This document shows, in pieces, positions 60,800-64,000 of a DNA stretch of 64,000 nt. This stretch comes from a marine bacterium B5-7 (lineage in GTDB: Bacteria > Pseudomonadota > Gammaproteobacteria > Arenicellales > CAJQKF01): assembly GCA_021604525.1 (NCBI GenBank), contig BQJD01000003.1, positions 12,242 to 76,241 of the forward strand. The letters run 5' to 3'. Positions within the stretch are counted from its first letter, which is position 1. Each line of letters opens with the position of its first letter. The notes under the pieces were generated by a model. It ran no database searches. It was not told the DNA's origin and saw only the letters and a program-made list of their open reading frames with translations. A program made the translations under genes and the position numbers.

Positions 60800-61990
60800 A
60801 TGACTTTGGATATTGAACAAATCAGGGCTGACACGCCGGGTTGTATCAACCGGATACATTTTCATAATTCCGGTTCGTCGCTGATGCCAAAGGCGGTTTA
60901 CGATGCCACAGTAGACCACCTGCAACTCGAACTCAACATTGGCGGCTATGAAGCGGCAGCACAGTCTGCGGAGCGCATCGATCAATTCTATAGCGCAACG
61001 GCACGCATGTTGGGCTGCGCACAAAGTGAAGTCGCATACATGGAAAATGCGACTGCTGCATTTAACAGCGTTTTTTACGGTTTTGCCAGAAAGTTGGGTG
61101 TTGGGGATCGCATTCTTACGGCAAACGCCGAGTACGCCTCGAACTTCATTGCCTATCTGCATGTGGCATCCATTACCGGGTGCGAGATTGATGTTATCCC
61201 GAATGATGCTAACGGTCAGATTGACTGCGAGGCGTTGGAGACCATGATTGATGAACGCGTCAAGCTCATCAGTATCACTCACGTACCGACTAACTGTGGA
61301 CTGGTTAATCCGGCGGCTGCGGTGGGTGAGGTAGCGTCACGTCATGGGATACCTTATCTGCTTGATGCCTGTCAGTCCGCCGGTCAAATGCCCTTGGATG
61401 TTGCAACCTTGAAAGTGGATGCCATGACCGTAACCGGACGCAAATACTTGCGCGGGCCGAGAGGAACCGGATTTTTATACATTCGAGAAAGCGCCATGGA
61501 TCACTTTCCACCCGCATCCCTGGATCTGCATGGTGCGCGATGGGTTGAGCTGGATCGATTCGAGATGTCGGCAGGCGCCAGTCGCCATGAAAACTTCGAG
61601 AACAATGTTGCCGGGCAAATCGGACTGGGTGTGGCGATAGACTACGCCTTAGCGCTTGGGCTCGATAACATATACCAACGCATACAATATCTCGCTGATA
61701 GGCTCCGCCAACGACTTGGTTTTATTGATGGTATCACCCTGGCGGACCAGGGTATCGAAAAATGCGGGATCGTAGCGTTTGCTCACAGGCAGATCGAGCC
61801 GGCTGTGTTTCGCGCCAGGCTCGGCGCAATGGGAATAAATGTCGGCACGTCCAATGCGCGCTCGACACTACTCGACATGCGTTCGCGCGGAATCGAGTCG
61901 GTGGTCCGCTGCGCGGTGCATTATTTCAATACGGAAGAGGAAATAGACCGATTAATGGAGTCGATTAAGTCGGTCATCTCGAATAAATAG
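60800..61990 (+). CDS. class V PLP enzyme (cysteine desulfurase-like / C-S lyase)
   Basis: RADTPG, GGYEAA, DACQSAGQ, PLP Lys in TGRKYLRGPRGTG, HYFNTEEE. Confidence 0.85.
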   Translation: MTLDIEQIRADTPGCINRIHFHNSGSSLMPKAVYDATVDHLQLELNIGGYEAAAQSAERIDQFYSATARMLGCAQSEVAYMENATAAFNSVFYGFARKLGVGDRILTANAEYASNFIAYLHVASITGCEIDVIPNDANGQIDCEALETMIDERVKLISITHVPTNCGLVNPAAAVGEVASRHGIPYLLDACQSAGQMPLDVATLKVDAMTVTGRKYLRGPRGTGFLYIRESAMDHFPPASLDLHGARWVELDRFEMSAGASRHENFENNVAGQIGLGVAIDYALALGLDNIYQRIQYLADRLRQRLGFIDGITLADQGIEKCGIVAFAHRQIEPAVFRARLGAMGINVGTSNARSTLLDMRSRGIESVVRCAVHYFNTEEEIDRLMESIKSVISNK

Positions 61991-62021
61991 ATTCGAAAAC
62001 AGGTTATCGATTATTCATCAC

Positions 62022-62885
62022 TCAAGTTTTATCTGTAGATATCTCATCTGTAAGATCACCTTCATCGGTATCCCTGGCAATCCGATGATCCATGTTGAGA
62101 GCAGGTTGGCCGCCACATCGTCCAACACGTTTTGCAGGAACACCCGCTACCGTACAATGAGCTGGTACATCTTCAAGAACGACACTGCCAGCGCCAATCT
62201 TCGCGTTTTCTCCGATAGATACATTGCCGAGAATCTTCGCGCCAGCGCCAATAAGAACACCACTGGCCACCTTCGGGTGCCGGTCTCCACAATCTTTTCC
62301 GGTGCCGCCCAGGGTGACTTCGTGCAGCATGGATACATTATCGCCAACCACTGCCGTTTCACCAATTACGAGACCGGTGGCATGATCCACCAGAATACCA
62401 GAGCCAATTATTGCTGCCGGGTGAATATCGACGGCAAAAACTTCGCTGCTTCGGTTTTGCAGGAATAATGCAAGTTCACGACGGCCTTGCTGCCACAGAA
62501 AATGCGCTGCCCGATACGTCTGAATAGCCTGGAATCCCTTGAAATAAAGGAATGGGAGTGAATATCGATCACAAGCCGGGTCGCGTTCACGTATGGCTTC
62601 AAGATCATTGCGAATTGCAAGACCCACGGCTTTTGCCGACGTGAGTCCTTCCTGCAAAATTTCCTTGATGAATACGTCGCCCAAGGCGGGTGAACCGAGT
62701 TTTTGTGCGAGATGCAGGCTCAATGATTCTTCCAGGGTGTCATGACGAAGCACAACCGCGTGGAGGAAGCTTGCAAGCAGTGGTTCGCTCGCAATTTGCA
62801 GCTCTGTTTCACGCCGGATTTCCTCCCAGGTGGGATCGGAATCCTCGTGGACTCGTAACAGCTTATTGGTCTGATGTTCGTTCAT
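62022..62885 (-). CDS. cysE: serine O-acetyltransferase
   Basis: ERDPAC, KGFQAIQTYR, VDIHPAA, DHATGLVIGETA, LGGTGK..GDRHPK. Confidence 0.95.
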   Translation of the reverse strand: MNEHQTNKLLRVHEDSDPTWEEIRRETELQIASEPLLASFLHAVVLRHDTLEESLSLHLAQKLGSPALGDVFIKEILQEGLTSAKAVGLAIRNDLEAIRERDPACDRYSLPFLYFKGFQAIQTYRAAHFLWQQGRRELALFLQNRSSEVFAVDIHPAAIIGSGILVDHATGLVIGETAVVGDNVSMLHEVTLGGTGKDCGDRHPKVASGVLIGAGAKILGNVSIGENAKIGAGSVVLEDVPAHCTVAGVPAKRVGRCGGQPALNMDHRIARDTDEGDLTDEISTDKT

Positions 62886-63145
62886 ACTACGGCTCCGAAA
62901 GCCGGGATAATGGAATTTTATACAGATGTCCTTATTTCGAGCAGTTCTACGAGCGTGTTAAAACTGACAACCACCCAAGTTTACAGCATCAGATATAGTC
63001 AGACTAAGTGTGGTGATACTTTCTACGAAACCAAGCAATAAGAACTATCACACCAACATGTAACATGAGTCGATGGGGCAGGCGGCGAGTGGTGGATTCT
63101 GTACCGCCAACATCCAATAATACCAGGCGATATCGGTTTGAAGTT

Positions 63146-64000
63146 CTAGACCGCGATCAGTTGTGATGGTTCGCTGCGAACAGATTCCTTCAAAATCATC
63201 ATGGTTTTGGTGCCGGGACCCCAGCGATAATCGCCGATCAACCCGTTCGAACGAATGACTCGATGGCAGGGAATTAGCCAGGCAACAGAATTACAACCGA
63301 CGGCGCTGCCCACTGCACGACTTGCCCGAGGCACATCAATTGCCCTTGATACGTCGCCGTAGGTTGATATGGCGCCTGCCGGGATTTTCAACAAGGCCTG
63401 CCAAACGCGAATCTGAAAATTGGTACCTTTAACGAGAACATGTACCGGTTCGTGTCGATCAATCTCGCCAAAAAGTTGCCTGGAAAGTCTGGCAATTCGC
63501 TGGTCGTGACGCACCAGATGAGAACGAGACCATTCCTGGCGTAACTGCTCAAGACCAGAATTCACGCCATTTGTCATGGAGTCTTCGAGGTGAAACGACA
63601 GCCAGCATATACCTAAATCGGTGGTTGCAATGAGCGCCGTACCGAACGGTGATACGCAGGTGCCGTAGGTTATTTCAATATCGGACCCGCTGTCGCGGTA
63701 TGCCGCCGGACTCATGCCGTGAATAGTCACAAAAAGATCATGCAATCGACTGCCACCGGACAGTCCGACTTCAAGGCTGGCATCCAGCACCGATACTCTT
63801 TTGCGCAGCAACTCGCCGGCATCGAGCGCAGTCAGATGTTGCAGTACGCGCTTTGGACTGACGCCTGCAAAACGACTGAACATTTTCTGGAAATGCCACG
63901 GGCTGACGCCCACATGGCGAGCCAGTTCCGGCAGTGTGGGTTGGTTGCGCCGATTTTCGGAGAGATAGTTAAGCGCATCGGCTATCAGCGTAAACTCATT
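63146..64000 (-). CDS. AraC-HTH / methylated-DNA-protein-cysteine methyltransferase (Ada-like), 5' end outside window
   Basis: frame open to the window edge (NEFTLIADALNYL..PTLPELA), SPWHFQKMF, GTNFQIRVW, active site PCHRV. Confidence 0.92.
   Translation of the reverse strand, partial: NEFTLIADALNYLSENRRNQPTLPELARHVGVSPWHFQKMFSRFAGVSPKRVLQHLTALDAGELLRKRVSVLDASLEVGLSGGSRLHDLFVTIHGMSPAAYRDSGSDIEITYGTCVSPFGTALIATTDLGICWLSFHLEDSMTNGVNSGLEQLRQEWSRSHLVRHDQRIARLSRQLFGEIDRHEPVHVLVKGTNFQIRVWQALLKIPAGAISTYGDVSRAIDVPRASRAVGSAVGCNSVAWLIPCHRVIRSNGLIGDYRWGPGTKTMMILKESVRSEPSQLIAV

Noticed and set aside
60625-60849. 75-aa N-terminal extension of LpxL overlapping the divergent gene
   Set aside because: The family-typical start is at 60624; the extension would overlap the PLP gene start
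60443-61282. 279-aa antisense ORF
   Set aside because: Shadow of the PLP enzyme gene; no motifs or SD

Overview
A 64-kb chromosomal window from a proteobacterium. Gene order points to a Gammaproteobacterium: gatCAB is divergent from mreBCD-mrdA-rodA-mltB-rlpA-dac-ybeD-lipB, and yoaA-tsaB and dapB-carA-carB-greA are present. Housekeeping blocks occupy about 0-20.6 kb and 53.8-64 kb. Between them lies a ~33-kb catabolic region with (i) LysR / class III CoA-transferase / 3-sulfinopropionyl-CoA desulfinase-like Acd / ThDP enzyme, (ii) a GlxA-type regulator, two pyrrolysine-free MttB-family methyltransferases, a dimethylglycine-dehydrogenase-like GcvT flavoprotein, ETF, a ChoX-like binding protein, a saccharopine dehydrogenase, a Dpp-type ABC importer and PutA, and (iii) an XRE regulator, a desaturase-like membrane enzyme and a signal-less PhnD-fold protein. 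Direct reading also shows a shared 21-bp-periodic box upstream of three demethylation genes, a two-copy REP-like palindrome, a terminator in the carA leader and a decayed oxidoreductase fragment. No rRNA, tRNA, CRISPR array, transposase or integrase was recognised. Family calls rest on motif recognition and recalled sequences, not on database searches, and all pathway proposals are inference.
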